Assembly (NCBI GenBank): GCA_964035545.1
Contig: OZ037771.1
Span: forward strand, 5,117,190-5,181,189
Origin: Bugula neritina
Lineage: Eukaryota; Animalia; Bryozoa
Length of the DNA stretch: 64,000 nucleotides
Direction of reading: 5' to 3'
The notes under the pieces: model-generated
Database searches by the model: none
Seen by the model: the letters and a program-made list of their open reading frames with translations, nothing else
Told to the model about the DNA's origin: nothing
Shown: piece by piece, positions 40,101 to 60,770 of the stretch
Layout: every line of letters starts with the position of its first letter
Position numbering within the stretch: the first letter of the stretch is position 1
Made by a program: the position numbers and the translations under genes

Positions 40101-40734
40101 TTATAATGCTAAAAAATTAAAGCTGCAATAGATTATCTGCGGTTTTTATATTTACAAAAAAGTTAATGCAAAACTAGCTTGATGAATCAACATTATAAAT
40201 ATCTTCAAAATAACTTTTTTTGCACACTTTCTATACAGAAGCAACAGCGTGTGTATGCGGTACACATATAACCAGGGACTACATTTTATGTTTTTGTATT
40301 GCTTACTATATCAGAGTCAGAAATATGTAACCTCTATGTTGTTGAAGCAATACAATGTTCTCTAAAAGTTGTAGAATATCTTATAAATCATAAAAAAATA
40401 ATACTGAAAATATATGTTATAGTTACTGGTGCTCAAGCGTCTGCTTCTGTGTAGGTACATGCTTGTATTAGATATATTGGAGCAAGAATAGATTCAAACA
40501 CATTAAAGTAACATACTTGTGTTAATAGACAATCATGCTGCCAGTGTACTAGGAAAAGCTGTACTCACTTGAAAAGTCTTTAGATTGTGCTAGAGTCAGC
40601 AATTCAGTCAAAGTTACGTGTGTGTCATTAGGTCGCTCAAAAACTATAACTGATTGACTTTTCCTCAACAAACTTGTTAAAAAGATTAGCACACTGCTGA
40701 GACAAATGTTACTATGTGAAACTTTGTAATACAT
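1218..40734 (-). CDS. Giant multi-exon type I membrane receptor/adhesion protein (SP, LamG-like, FTP/F5-8C, FN3, CTL-like, TSP1, 8x CCP/sushi, PTPRJ/SUSD1-like juxtamembrane domain, TM), ~2,700 aa
   Basis: Hand-assembled GT-AG exons (minus strand), phase-compatible except at one junction: 40734-40569 (MYYKVSHSNICLSSVLIFLTSLLRKSQS signal peptide), 38453-38202, 37853-37749, 36952-36836, 35982-35891, 35473-35317, 34678-34505, 34228-33922, 33770-33604, 31108-30867, 30660-30507, 30349-30117 (problematic, see findings), 29132-29084, 28859-28698, 28556-28383, 20709-20503, 19972-19751, 19625-19440, 19165-18926, 17664-17547, 16822-16626, 16305-16220, 15646-15406, 14896-14787, 13887-13719, 13228-13062, 12660-12522, 11776-11660, 11308-11093, 10875-10649, 10287-10065, ~9869-9741, 9216-9067, 8408-8247, 7920-7711, 7337-7116, 6669-6472, 5847-5659, 5465-5254, 4596-4488, 4274-4159, 4046-3865, 3642-3438, 2917-2651, 2428-2299, 1807-1620 (or 1694), 1366-1218 (or stop at 1278). 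Linking the 5' block (28383-40734) to the 3' block as one gene is inferred from phase continuity. Confidence 0.7.
1620..3642 (-). CDS. R3-PTP/SUSD1-like juxtamembrane domain and transmembrane helix of the receptor
   Basis: AFTETNGTILGFTLIV..PYQA..IRIGDG..YCNGPLRPETVYCLKLRTYT matches the NGPI-Y..IG..CNGPL-P-T-Y-F-LRA-T motif. TM: AFLPLTVAVTPFCMFLGVVMLLYYFFI followed by KK. Confidence 0.8.
5254..8408 (-). CDS. Six tandem CCP/sushi exons of the receptor
   Basis: Each exon starts in phase 1 and has C..C..G(Y/F/H)..C..W..C, e.g. GSVVKYYCLPKF..TCMEDGNWTSVPPVC and IGCQSGYRF..ISCTASGEWN..C. Confidence 0.9.
9067..13228 (-). CDS. Exons encoding CTL-like, two CCP, a second CTL-like and a TSP1 domain of the receptor
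   Basis: CTL-like: RVW..YPFLCQ and FSYQGMC..ARDICTANNGSLLVI..LWI..PC..PVC. CCP: YECLSGFE..CQANGTFS..CEP. TSP1: VNGSWSEWKEWSAC..RERFRACDNPAPLCGGLPCTG (exon 9216-9067, absent from the ORF track). Confidence 0.75.
12218..12420 (-). mobile_element. SINE, same family
   Basis: B box GGTTCGAACCC; shared body tatgactggatg, gggctaaggac, gtcac.atc.ctgtg. Confidence 0.8.
13719..17664 (-). CDS. Exons encoding about three fibronectin type III repeats of the receptor
   Basis: FAGLNSGVTYTVSVTC; DPPKNLTV..FTWEEP; HAPTNVSLSAQASGCLTLSWGPPLFPGGEITSYM..VTAINAAGSS. Confidence 0.8.
14329..14500 (-). mobile_element. SINE, same family, diverged
   Basis: gtcactatccctgtg..tatgactggatgc..gttcaaaccatgacc..tttactagg. 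Confidence 0.65.
15010..15292. repeat. Small element with GGTAA.ATGGCACA repeats inverted around a CCCAAACCC/CCCTAA-like core
   Basis: ggtaaacatggcaca at left versus tgtgccatttttacc at right. Confidence 0.5.
16988..17194 (-). mobile_element. tRNA-Thr(AGT)-derived SINE
   Basis: Minus strand GCCGTGGTCTAGGGGTTATAGCG..CTAGTAAACAGGAGGTCGTGGATTCGAACCC has A/B boxes and a tRNA-Thr-like anticodon arm; body shared with three other copies. Confidence 0.8.
18555..18705. repeat. Dispersed repeat fragment, also at ~42960-43045 and ~56540-56670
   Basis: Shared ttttgcta..tcta.aacaca..tttctcaa..ttactgca. Confidence 0.6.
18926..20709 (-). CDS. Exons encoding two fucolectin/FTP (F5/8 type C-like) domains of the receptor
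   Basis: NLVSGKDATLSS..GADKAVDG..WIRVDL..FYNR..ARHVGI..IQEIEFY and RNFALYQVVDQSS..AVDEN..QWLRIRL..V..IING..VQC..VKDVSIFG follow the FTP consensus NxAxxKxAxQSS..AVDG..WWxVDL..EVEV. Confidence 0.75.
20973..21381 (-). repeat. 3' LTR (409 bp)
   Basis: Direct repeat of 27740-28148; AATAAA at 21058-21063; 11-bp inverted repeat GCTAGCTACTC/GAGTAGCTAGC at 21177-21214. Confidence 0.97.
21838..22080. repeat. ~60-bp tandem repeat (about 4 copies) in the Gypsy 3' non-coding region
   Basis: Unit acttcttcttcttaacttctatttttactttttaacttcatgcaggaatctttaatatt. Confidence 0.9.
22768..26863 (-). pseudogene. pol: Gypsy pol (PR-RT-RNaseH-IN), disrupted
   Basis: Motifs: PR FLLDTG; RT LDLLSGYWQ, PFGL, YLDD; RH TDAS, RELLAV, TDH; IN H-H-C-C, VDLVGP, SDQG, VVER, GPY; C-terminal RSQRTRAPPSYLKDF. 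Lesions: frameshift at 26255-26258, in-frame deletion at ~25764, TAG at 24867-24869, frameshift at 23009-23015. Confidence 0.93.
26815..27684 (-). CDS. gag: Gypsy Gag (289 aa) with C-terminal zinc knuckle
   Basis: Intact ORF; PTFSGEEDVEQFI capsid-type start; CWGCGSGGHFLRNC (CX2CX4HX4C); probable -1 slip site GTTAAAC at 26833-26839 into the pol frame. Confidence 0.92.
   Translation of the reverse strand: MADEVVDAPRQEPAAMEEDHIGGPALPMDRYHLRAPTFSGEEDVEQFITEFSDVADICGWPNRVTLIQLRLCLTGPAKPYGISQNVSDIFEAIRARFGLTARDARVQLQSLRRNPKTNLREHATVVERLAQVAYSDLPADGRQSLALDAFLQSINNLGLKQHLLVAEVETMERALRLGNAYFQADSASRPGATVQQVGADDVSTSSTKTAVQVAAAAADESSLTTSLIRELLAEFRQLRQQATAERPKRSSVAVADRRGPVCWGCGSGGHFLRNCPRGSGRRLNSDGPW
27721..27738 (-). 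other. Primer binding site, tRNA-Leu
   Basis: TGGTGGCAGCGGTGGGAT, 1 nt after the 5' LTR, is complementary to the tRNA-Leu(AAG) 3' end ATCCCACCGCTGCCA-CCA. Confidence 0.9.
27740..28148 (-). repeat. 5' LTR (409 bp)
   Basis: TGTGGTAG..TTCACTACA on minus; no difference from 20973-21381 found by eye; AATAAA at 27825-27830. Confidence 0.97.
29612..29955. mobile_element. MITE, probably PIF/Harbinger
   Basis: TIR GCCTAGGGCCACAC(G/T)GTGCGTATTTT; flanks TTA/TAA; second copy at 45909-46179. Confidence 0.85.
30707..30811. repeat. (TA)n microsatellite
   Basis: Seen directly; a second, shorter tract at ~31133-31193. Confidence 0.95.
31592..33052. mobile_element. Degenerate non-autonomous DNA transposon (pogo/Tc1-mariner-like)
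   Basis: Imperfect TIRs GGTAA.GGGG..GCACAAT(T/G)G flanked by TA; repeated GCACAATGGGCCA motifs near 31980, 32004 and 32840; internal ~120-bp tandem duplication 32364-32608. Confidence 0.5.
34340..34484. repeat. (TGTTA)n microsatellite
   Basis: Seen directly. Confidence 0.95.
35540..35800. repeat. Degenerate ACAGTATATAGAC/ACAGCTG minisatellite
   Basis: Seen directly. Confidence 0.8.
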
Positions 40735-42110
40735 TTTACAACTCAAGTCTTACAATAGTAGCTGCTGTGTAGATGCATGCCACTTAATACATTGAAGTTA
40801 TATAAACATTGTGTCTAATTAATTGTTATTCTGTACGTAAAGAAATTTACAATAGAATTTTATTATTTATTTTAGTATTATATTGTTACTTATGATGCAT
40901 AAGACTGTTATTATCTTTAGATTGTTTGACTCTCAGTGCTGTTTCATCATTGTTATACTATACTGGTTGTATCTGCACATTTTGTCTACGCAATCTTCTG
41001 TCATCAACATAGCTCTACTAGGTTGGGATGGATATTATAAGACTCTTCTAAAGATGTGAGCTGATCTTAGTAAAGCTGTCTGTTGAGTTCATGAGTACGT
41101 TGTGTCAGCTTCTTTAAACACTGCCATTTCTTCTACAAAATATTGCATGCAGTCACTCCCTAGTAGTTGAGGCTTAAGCTGCAATTACTAGGAATTTACT
41201 TTTCTTGAAGTTTTCTCAAAGAAGCTGGATTGTGGTATTGTGCTATTTTCTTTGATTCTTTCTCTCCCTTTTTAACCTTCTCTAACTATTGTATAAGTTT
41301 TTATTTTTTATAAATTGGCCAACTATGCTATTATAGAAGTGGTATAAAGTATAAACAAAAAATAATATACATTCTAGAGCTTCTATAGTGCCAAATTCTA
41401 TAGTTATTTAATGAGTTGTATTGTAAAAAGCAGTCGGAGATGAGAGAATTTTCTAAATTCTTTGTTGGTATAGTTTGAATTTATAAGAATTTTGGTGCTT
41501 CATGATTTTGCTCTTAAGATGTATGTTTGCTTTTATTCAGTGAAAAAAACTCAAAGTTTTGTACATATGACAACCTCTACTACTTATGTAAAACTCTTGA
41601 ACATGTATGCTAGAAGTCCACTTTATTCCAACTATGCATTCTCAAACAAATATTTTGCTCTCATCTGTTTACCTAAATAATATATCTAGAGAGCTGTATA
41701 TATTATATAGTATTTTGGGTATTTGATACCAACAACTTACTATATACACATATAAACATTTTTAAAGTTAGGAATTACATGTGTTATGTATTGAAAAAGG
41801 TATACATATTTTGTTTCTAAATGCAACGCCTAAAAGTAGACTAGTCCAAGCAACACTGAAATGTATATTATGTTGTGTATTTTATTCATAATGTTATAGC
41901 ACACATGGTGTGATATATACATAACACTTTAGTTGACAGTATATTACGTATACAGTAGGCTACAATGTATTAATATGCACACTATAGTAGATACAGAGTA
42001 TCATATAGTGGACAGTGTGGTAATATATTATAATAAAAAGCTAGCCATTCATTGATTAATTGGGTTAATAAGTGTTGACTCTATTCTATGTTTAAACAGT
42101 GGCATGTGAT

Positions 42111-42117
42111 TATAAAA
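42111..42117 (+). promoter_or_regulatory. Candidate TATA box of the Ly6 gene
   Basis: TATAAAA 230 bp upstream of the ATG; the AT-rich background lowers specificity. Confidence 0.35.
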
Positions 42118-42340
42118 GAGGCCAGTGGGTTGAACAGCCTAATACTGCTAGTTAAATAGCTGCCATGTTATTATAACAACATTTCAATAATCAATGCTAT
42201 AAGATTGCTCAAGGCTCTGGGTGCATTCACAATGATCTGCTTCAACAGTCCAGACTATATAACATTAACTAGCTAGTGCATTTCACTACTTGATAAATAA
42301 TGTAAAATAGAAGACATCAAGCAGTAAAACTGACACAGCC

Positions 42341-45300
42341 ATGCAAACTCTACACAAATTTCTTGCTTTTTGGATAATAGGAGTTTCCCTGTTTGGTATG
42401 TAGTACTGAAATATTATTTTTAACAACTATAGAGTTTCATCTTCTTTTCATAGGCTTCAAACTTGAGTTTTCCAATATAGAAGTGGCTACGGTTTTACAA
42501 TATAGTTAGTTGTCAGCGGTATAGAAAAAGCTGGGTCAAAAACATATAGGCTACTGATTGAAAGTATATTTGCTAGGAGAGTATCGTTCATGTTGTAGCT
42601 ATTCAAATGAAAGTAAAGAAAAAAAATAAACATAGCCACAATGTATCAAGTTTGCATTTGTCCACGATTATAGAATATAAAAAATCTTGCTTCTGTAATA
42701 TGGAAGTTTTAGGAAATAATCTGTAAATCCTTCTAATGACACTATATCTGTCTCATTTCTATTAATCTCATTAACTGGCAGACTTCTGGGTAGAGCTTAC
42801 CATGTCCGCCATTTAGCAGCATTCTTATGCAACTCAGCAGCTTTATTTCTACACTTGTTTTATGAAATGTTTATTTTAATAAACATAGTTGTTGCCTGAA
42901 AACATGTCTTCAGGTACAGCAGCAAATAAATTTTGATAGCCCAATTTCTTTGATTTTTATCTTAAGTTTCGGTTTGGTTGTAGCTTTTTGCTAGAATTTT
43001 TAGTCTAGAACACAGGCTTTTCTCAATTGATTTATTACTGCATTTGTAATTGGAACGTGTCATTTGATTTCCTTACCTACCCAGTTGACGTGATGCTAAA
43101 ATAAATCATGGTTACACCAGCTGTAAGTTATATATTGACTAAAAACTAGCTGAGACCTATAGAGATTCAACAGCTGAATTTAATCAATAATTTAGTTACT
43201 ACTACTTTGTACAAATATAACACAATAGTATATAATAGTTTTGTGATTTGTAGTTTTACAAATGCCATGATATAATTACGGTCCTAAACATAGATTGCAT
43301 AGAAATTTATATTAACTTTTCCATTAGTGTAATTACTCCTAAGCACAGTAGGGGAGTGACCAGTTAACAGCGACTACTTTGAGAGTGAATAACCACACTG
43401 GCAGCAATCAATTGGCAGCAATAAGTAGTCAGCTGAGCTATATAAGCAGTAATCATGCTAATATTTTCTATTAACATACTTGGTATTGATCAGCATTGAA
43501 CACCTGCATTAGAATACTAACCAAGTTGGAAACAACCTCTACTACAATTAATATAGTGTGAAGCATCTTAGATAACACATGTATGTGACGATGTTACAAC
43601 AACATATTTTGCTTTTTTTAGTAGGAAAAAAATCGCCAATGAATAGGTTAAAAACATGTACCCATGCCCATATGATATACAATATAAACTTGGGTTTTCA
43701 AAATAAAAGTTACTGACACTAATATTGTGGAAATACACCCCATTATTACTGTGTGAGACTTTACATTATATAGGTGTCGTGCTATACTACATTCTATTAT
43801 ACTATAATATTATACTACACTACACTATAATATACTATACTGCACTATACTACACTGTGCTACACTATACTAGACTATACTATGCTATACTACACTATAC
43901 TATATTATACTATACTACACTACACTACACTATACTATACTACACTACACTATACTACACTACACTACACTATACTACACTATGCTACACTATACTACAC
44001 TACAATACACTACACTATATTATACTACACTATGCTACACTATACTACACTATGCTATACTATACTACACTATGCTACACTATACTACACTCTGCTACAC
44101 TATGCTATATTGTACTATACTACACTATGCTATATTGTACTATACTACACTATGCTATATTGTACTATACTACACTATGCTATATTGTACTATACTACAC
44201 TATGCTATATTGTACTATACTACACTATACTACACTCTGCTACACTATGCTACACTATACTACACTCTGCTACACTATGCTACACTATGCTACACTATGC
44301 TACACTATACTACACTATGCTACACTCTGCTACACTATGCTATATTGTACTATACTACACTATGCTACACTCTGCTACACTATGCTGCACTATACTATAC
44401 TATATTATACTACACTATGCTACACTATACTACACTATGCTATATTGTACTATACTACACTATGCTATATTGTACTATACTACACTATACTACACTCTGC
44501 TACACTATGCTACACTATGCTACACTATGCTACACTATGCTACACTATGCTACACTATACTACACTCTGCTACACTATGCTACACTATGCTACACTATAC
44601 TACACTATGCTACACTATGCTACACTATGCTATATTGTACTATACTACACTATGCTACACTCTGCTACACTATGCTGCACTATACTATACTATATTATAC
44701 TACACTATGCTACACTATACTACACTATGCTATATTGTACTATACTACACTATGCTATACTACGCTATGCTACACTATGCTACATTATGCTACACTCTGC
44801 TACACTATGCTACATTACACTAGTGACTAACTAGACTATTTTGTGTTGCACTGCTTCAGCTCCTCTATCATTTATTCTGACTATGTATGGCTGCTATAGT
44901 TTTCACAGCAACTAAATTGTAAAAGGAATCATCATAAAAATATAACGTCACTCATTACTGATATCATCAAAAATGAAAAGTAATTATTGTTATAATTGAT
45001 TAGTGAATTGCAGTAAATCAGTTATAAATAATAATTTTTTTCTATATAAAATAAATATTTTTGCTATATAGCTTGTTCTCATAGTTTAGTCAATAGGATC
45101 AATTATAGCAATAAAGTTGTGTTTTACCATAATATTGTTATTAAATAATGAGCAATTACAAATGCATAATAAATATTCATAAGTTTATACTTAAATTCTG
45201 AAGCAATATGAATTAAAATTGAAGCCATTTGCCTTTTGTTTCACCACTTTTTGTATGTTAAAAATAGTATTTAAACTTCTCCCAGATGGGTAGTAACTAT

Positions 45301-47178
45301 GACTTAGAATATGTGGCAAGGTAGCTATAGCTTTGGTTGTGTTCTAACTTTAAGAAAACTTTAAATTTAGCTTAGTTATTAATCTATGTATTCCAGCAGT
45401 TCTGAAGTAAACGCAATAAAAGTTATCTAATGCTAAAGGCGAGATTACAACCACCACTAGATCGGCAGCATAATGCTTCTGCTGCTTTGTCAGCAAGTGG
45501 AATAAGCTCTAAACACCTTTATACAAAGTGTATAATAAAGTCAATTTGTTATGGCATAGAGCTTCAAAATTAGTCTTTACTTCTGCAGTTTGCTTAAACT
45601 ACATGGAACTAGGCAGCCCTACTTTTCTAATGCTGTGTACTTCAGTGTCAATGTAAAGTTGAGCTTCTAAGCATGATGATAATACTAGACATGAACCATA
45701 TGCAAGCTCATCCATTATATTATATAAAATATTGTAAAATTGAACAATTACTAAGTAAAAACGTTAAATATTTGATTTATTATTCACTTTCATGTGATAT
45801 AAAACCAGTGATTGCTAAAAGTTAAGCCAATTAGTTCATATCTTAAATAACTTCCAGATCCGGCTAATTATCCTGTATGTTCTTACTCACCTCCATACCT
45901 GACTGTTAGCCTAGGGCCACACGGTGCGTATTTTCGCATGCGAAAATTGAAACCACAGGTAGCAAAGGTGTCCACTGTAGCGTCAGTGATGCGTGATAAA
46001 TAAAGCTTTCATTTTTAAATCGCACTCGCTTTTAATAAAACGCAATTTACTGGAATATAGCACTAAAATAAAAGAATTGGGCTCGCTAAATAACTACCAG
46101 CCAATTAGGTGACGGCGACACCTTTGCTACTTGTGGTTTAAATGTTCGCATGCGAAAAACGCACAGTGTGGCCCTAGGCTTATAGTAATTTTACTGCTAT
46201 ACCTTGCAACCTCTGTCGATAGTCCTTGCTCAACTGTTTGCAAAACAAGAAATTAGACATATTTCATATAATTAATGTTGCAACGATGAAAATTACCAAA
46301 AGCGCTATCATTACACATTGCTGCCGCTATATCCAATAAAGTTGGTACTCAAAATGATGGAAATTATGCTCCACTTGGCTACTCAGTAACTTTGGAAACA
46401 GCTGATGGTTTGCTGATTTCGATGATTTAGAATGATATTTACATTATAGTGTTCATTAGTGGCTCTAGCAAATACTATATCTGTACAACAGGAGTTACAA
46501 CCGGTACCAAATGCTACCAATGCGGGCAGACCCTAGACACTGCTGCTAACTGTCTTGATGACTACAATCTGGACAGCAGCGTTCATATTGTTAAAGACTG
46601 TGGAGATTCGGAGGTGCCAGGGTGTCTCAAGTCTAAGTTTGTTGATGACAAGAACAGACATATTGGTAAGAGAGAGCTGATACCTTGTGTTGATACATTG
46701 TCTACCAGTATATGCATTATGTGTTGATACACTTTCTGGTGACAGATAATGAGCTGACACATTGCATGTTGATACAATGTGTGTTGATAGAATGTGCTGA
46801 TACATAGCATACTGATACATAGTATACTGATACATTGTATACTGATACATAGTATACTGATACATAGTATACTGATACATAGTTTGCTGATACATTGTAT
46901 ACTGATACATAGTATACTGATACATTGTATACTGATACATAGTATACTGATACATAATTTGCTGACACATTATGTACTCTGCAGTGACAAGAGGTTGTGC
47001 ACCAGAAGATGGGATGCGTCATAAAACAAACGAGTGCAAGTCAACTGAAGTAGACAGCCACAAAGTGTACTTTTGTCACTGCACAGGGGACTTCTGTAAC
47101 AGCGCCAGTCACCACCCACTCTCATTCACACTGATACTGACTGCCATTGCTATTTGGAAACTTGTTTTGGCTCTTTAA
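42341..47178 (+). CDS. Ly6/uPAR (three-finger, quiver/sleepless-like) GPI-anchored protein, 140 aa
   Basis: Exons 42341-42395 (MQTLHKFLAFWIIGVSLFG signal peptide), 46492-46665 and 46985-47178; both introns phase 1, GT-AG. Ten Cys from KCYQC to CHCTGDFCN, then SAS and hydrophobic LSFTLILTAIAIWKLVLAL. Confidence 0.92.
43780..44822. repeat. Compound pentamer satellite (TACAC/TATAC/TATGC/TCTGC/TGTAC)
   Basis: ~1 kb of 5-mers in Ly6 intron 1; source of three spurious long ORFs. Confidence 0.95.
45909..46179. mobile_element. MITE, same family as 29612-29955, opposite orientation, ~73 bp shorter
   Basis: Same TIR; TTA/TTA TSD; internal sequence is the reverse complement of the first copy. Confidence 0.85.
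46690..46975. repeat. 15-bp minisatellite (actgatacatagtat) filling Ly6 intron 2
   Basis: Seen directly. Confidence 0.9.
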
Positions 47179-48373
47179 TAAAATATTTTGATTTCCAATT
47201 AGCAGTTTGCGTTAACTTGACTTCTCAAAGATGGTAATAGTCATGCAATAAGATGCATTTTATTTCCTGTTTACCTTGTCTTACTCAGTCTAGGTTTCGT
47301 GAGTCATCACTATTTATAATAGTTCTACAATTGCACTATTATATTTTATTCTCATTCTGTGATGAAGTCATTAAAAATTTGGGTCATGGTATGTTTTAGT
47401 CATTTAACGAGTTGTGCGTGTTGAGTTGTTTCTTGTTTATATTGTGTATTCACAGATCTTATTAATACTGTTTTTATTGTTTTAAAGTTTATATCAGATA
47501 TAACTTATGTTTTAGAATAAAATTGTAGAGTTACTCAAAAGTGTTAGAGTTTCTATCCCCTTCTGGTGTATCAACAGTGGTAATGATAAGCATCAGACTA
47601 ATCTATGTAGTACAAATATTACAGTAACATTTTATTATAACATAAAATATGAGTAAGACATTTATTACATCAAACTATGAGGTTAATTTCAGGAAAACAG
47701 GTGAAGGAATTAGGAATGGTGTGTTTTTTTACACACAGAATAAAATATAGAAACAAAGCTAGCAAAATTTAACAGAAATATAGTTAAAAATATGAGGGGA
47801 TCACAAACCACCATTTGATAGATAAAATTTTGCCCTAAGATAAATTTGAAACTACATATAAAACCAACTGCATCACTATAAGATTACATTCAACAGAGTC
47901 CATGCATCAGAATACCATGAATAAATACACTATAAGTATAACTTAGCATCAAGTTTACAGTTAGAAGAGAGTAGCCTGTATCCTGACTGCCACACCAAAA
48001 CAATGTCTAATGGGGTGGTCAGCGTAGCCGGATAGTGAAATATATTTAAATATAACCATTGCATAAATACTAGTAAGCCCTGAAAAGTTAAAATGGCCAC
48101 CCATAACCACATAGAATATTAGTCAACAGTATCATTATATTGCTAAAGAGAAAGTAGAGCCTGATGCAGTCAGGATAACGTCAGCTAGGATAATGTTAGT
48201 ACATTATCGAAGCCTGTTTAAGCAAGAGGAAGAATTAAATAGAATATCTACGTCACACTTCTCAATATACTCATTACATCACTACAGCTACTGCAGAGCT
48301 AATCAGCAGGTGTTTGCACTAGTAACATTGCATTAGCCTTGCATAGAGCTACTAAATAGGCAGAAGAACAAGC

Positions 48374-58639
<10,266 letters not shown>

Positions 58640-59626
58640 CTGAAATACATTCCATTCTGCAATCAGCAAATCCACTCGATTTTACAACAAAAAGCCTCTG
58701 CATAAAAACACAGGCTGGAAGATTCAAGATGAAAGATAGAGAAAAAAGAGTCTCTGAAACTTGTCTGTAGTTAATAGTCACCCGGTCTTCAATTACATAT
58801 TTACAAAATACTGTTTATATTACTAATTAAGCATATTTAATTGAGTAATGTAAACAAAACAATTAACACATTATGTTGATTGTGACCACAAGTACATTGT
58901 AAATATCCTGTAGCAGCACTTGCTGCTGCTGCTTGTAGCCAATAGAGTTGGTTATTGACTTGACTATATGGTGAGTAGTAATAAGATAGAAAAGGCAGCA
59001 TAAAGAAATCCTACCATAAAACAGGTAGTTTGTTTACAAACTACTGATCAGATATGTTTGTCTTGAGTAAAACTTATATTTTATGATGAATGATGTGAAA
59101 ATATTAGACCCTATATGATTAGTTATAGCAATTATATAATAACATGAAATGGTACATCTATGAGTATATGTATATGTATTGTATATATAATGTATATATG
59201 TAATACATATGATGTATATAATGTGTATATATAATATACATGATGTATATAATGTATATATAACATATATAATGCATATATATATATAATTATATTATAC
59301 ATGTTGCATTACATAACAATCTAATAAATAAATACATTATTCAATTATCAAAATAGAACTTATTTGTCATACAGATTAAATTAAATATATGCTCCAGATA
59401 TTACAGAACATAATTTGTAATATATAAAAATACATGTAATAATATTAACCAGGGTAAATTTTTAGGTAAAGGCAAAAAAGGTACGACAATAGTTGTTGGC
59501 TCAAATTGTCCCTTTTACACTAAGCTAAGATCAAGATGGTATTTTAGTAAACTCAAACACACAAAGACATCTTCAAACCAAGTGTCAACATAATAATATG
59601 CTTGCTAACAATATGTACATATGTAC

Positions 59627-60770
59627 CAGGGTTGGGGTCAATTACATGTAAATGTAATTAATTACAATTACAATTACATGAAGATTTGTCAATTACAATT
59701 ACAATTATAATTACAGTTAAAATAAATGTAATTAATTACAATTACAATTACATGGCAATGTAATTAATTACAATTACAATTACTTTTGTTCTCACAAGGA
59801 ATAAATAGAAGTCACTTCTAGGGTCTAACTACCAGGGGCAGTGTTGACAGTGGTGAACCTCTTTTATTTTCTACAGTGATACTATTATGTCATTCCATAC
59901 CAAATCAACCAACTTTCAAGGGGTCCCACGTCCAACTCATATTTACACTAAATAAACCTACACATGTTCAGATTACCATTCGTGAATATTTCTGGCCTGA
60001 CACAAAAACATTTTGAGAAATTACTACTTTGGTGAACAAAGATTGGAAAATATTTTGAGGAAAATTTGTGATTTTAGACCAATTTATAAGCAATTTAAAA
60101 TTTGATTAGGTGGGTATTTGCAATTTTTCAAAATTTACAAAGATTTGTTCATATTCAATGACTTTGCATATAAGCGCACAAAGTATTCTGTAATATGTGT
60201 TGCTACTATAGTGCAAATTGATAGGTATTATCAAATCACACAGCAAATTTTAAGGCTCAGTCTAGAAAAATGATTGAGATATAGACGTTTATAGATTAGT
60301 CTCAAAGTAGAAATCACAAATTTTCCTCAAAATGTTTCTCAACCTTTGTCCACAAAAGTAGTCAGTTCTCAAAAAAAATTTGTGTCAGGTCAGAAATACT
60401 GAAGAAGAGTACGTGAGGCATTTGTAGGTCTATTTGGTGTAAACATGAACAAAATCTGCGACGCAAATAGACGCGGGCAATTCGGTGAGCTGGCATGGAA
60501 TGACCCTACTTTACTGACCTAACTATCTGAATTTGTTATTTACCAATAGGCATTGTAGAAAAAGGAGTTTTTTAAGATTTAAAAGTTTGAAGTAATTGAC
60601 ATGTAATTATAAAGTAATTGTAAAAATCAATTACATTAGATATGTAATTAATTACAATTACAATTACAATTACATTTTTAAACCTCAATTACAAATTACA
60701 TTCAATTACTTGAAAAAATGTAATTAATTACAGCCAATTACAATTACAAATTACAATTACCCCAACCCTG
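59627..60770. mobile_element. Non-autonomous hAT DNA transposon
   Basis: 12-bp TIR CAGGGTTGGGGT, perfect 8-bp TSD ATATGTAC (59619-59626 and 60771-60778), subterminal AATTAC arrays at both ends. Confidence 0.92.
59886..60508. mobile_element. Foldback MITE nested in the hAT element
   Basis: Ends gtcattccatacca / tggcatggaatgac; 59991-60076 is an imperfect reverse complement of 60309-60400. Confidence 0.7.

Noticed and set aside
40920-41270. Coding-looking stretch upstream of the receptor ATG
   Set aside because: Stops in the frames examined and no recognisable motif; at most a decayed element
43725-44834. Three long plus-strand ORFs (282-369 aa, Y/T/L/H-rich)
   Set aside because: Translations of a stop-free pentamer satellite inside Ly6 intron 1
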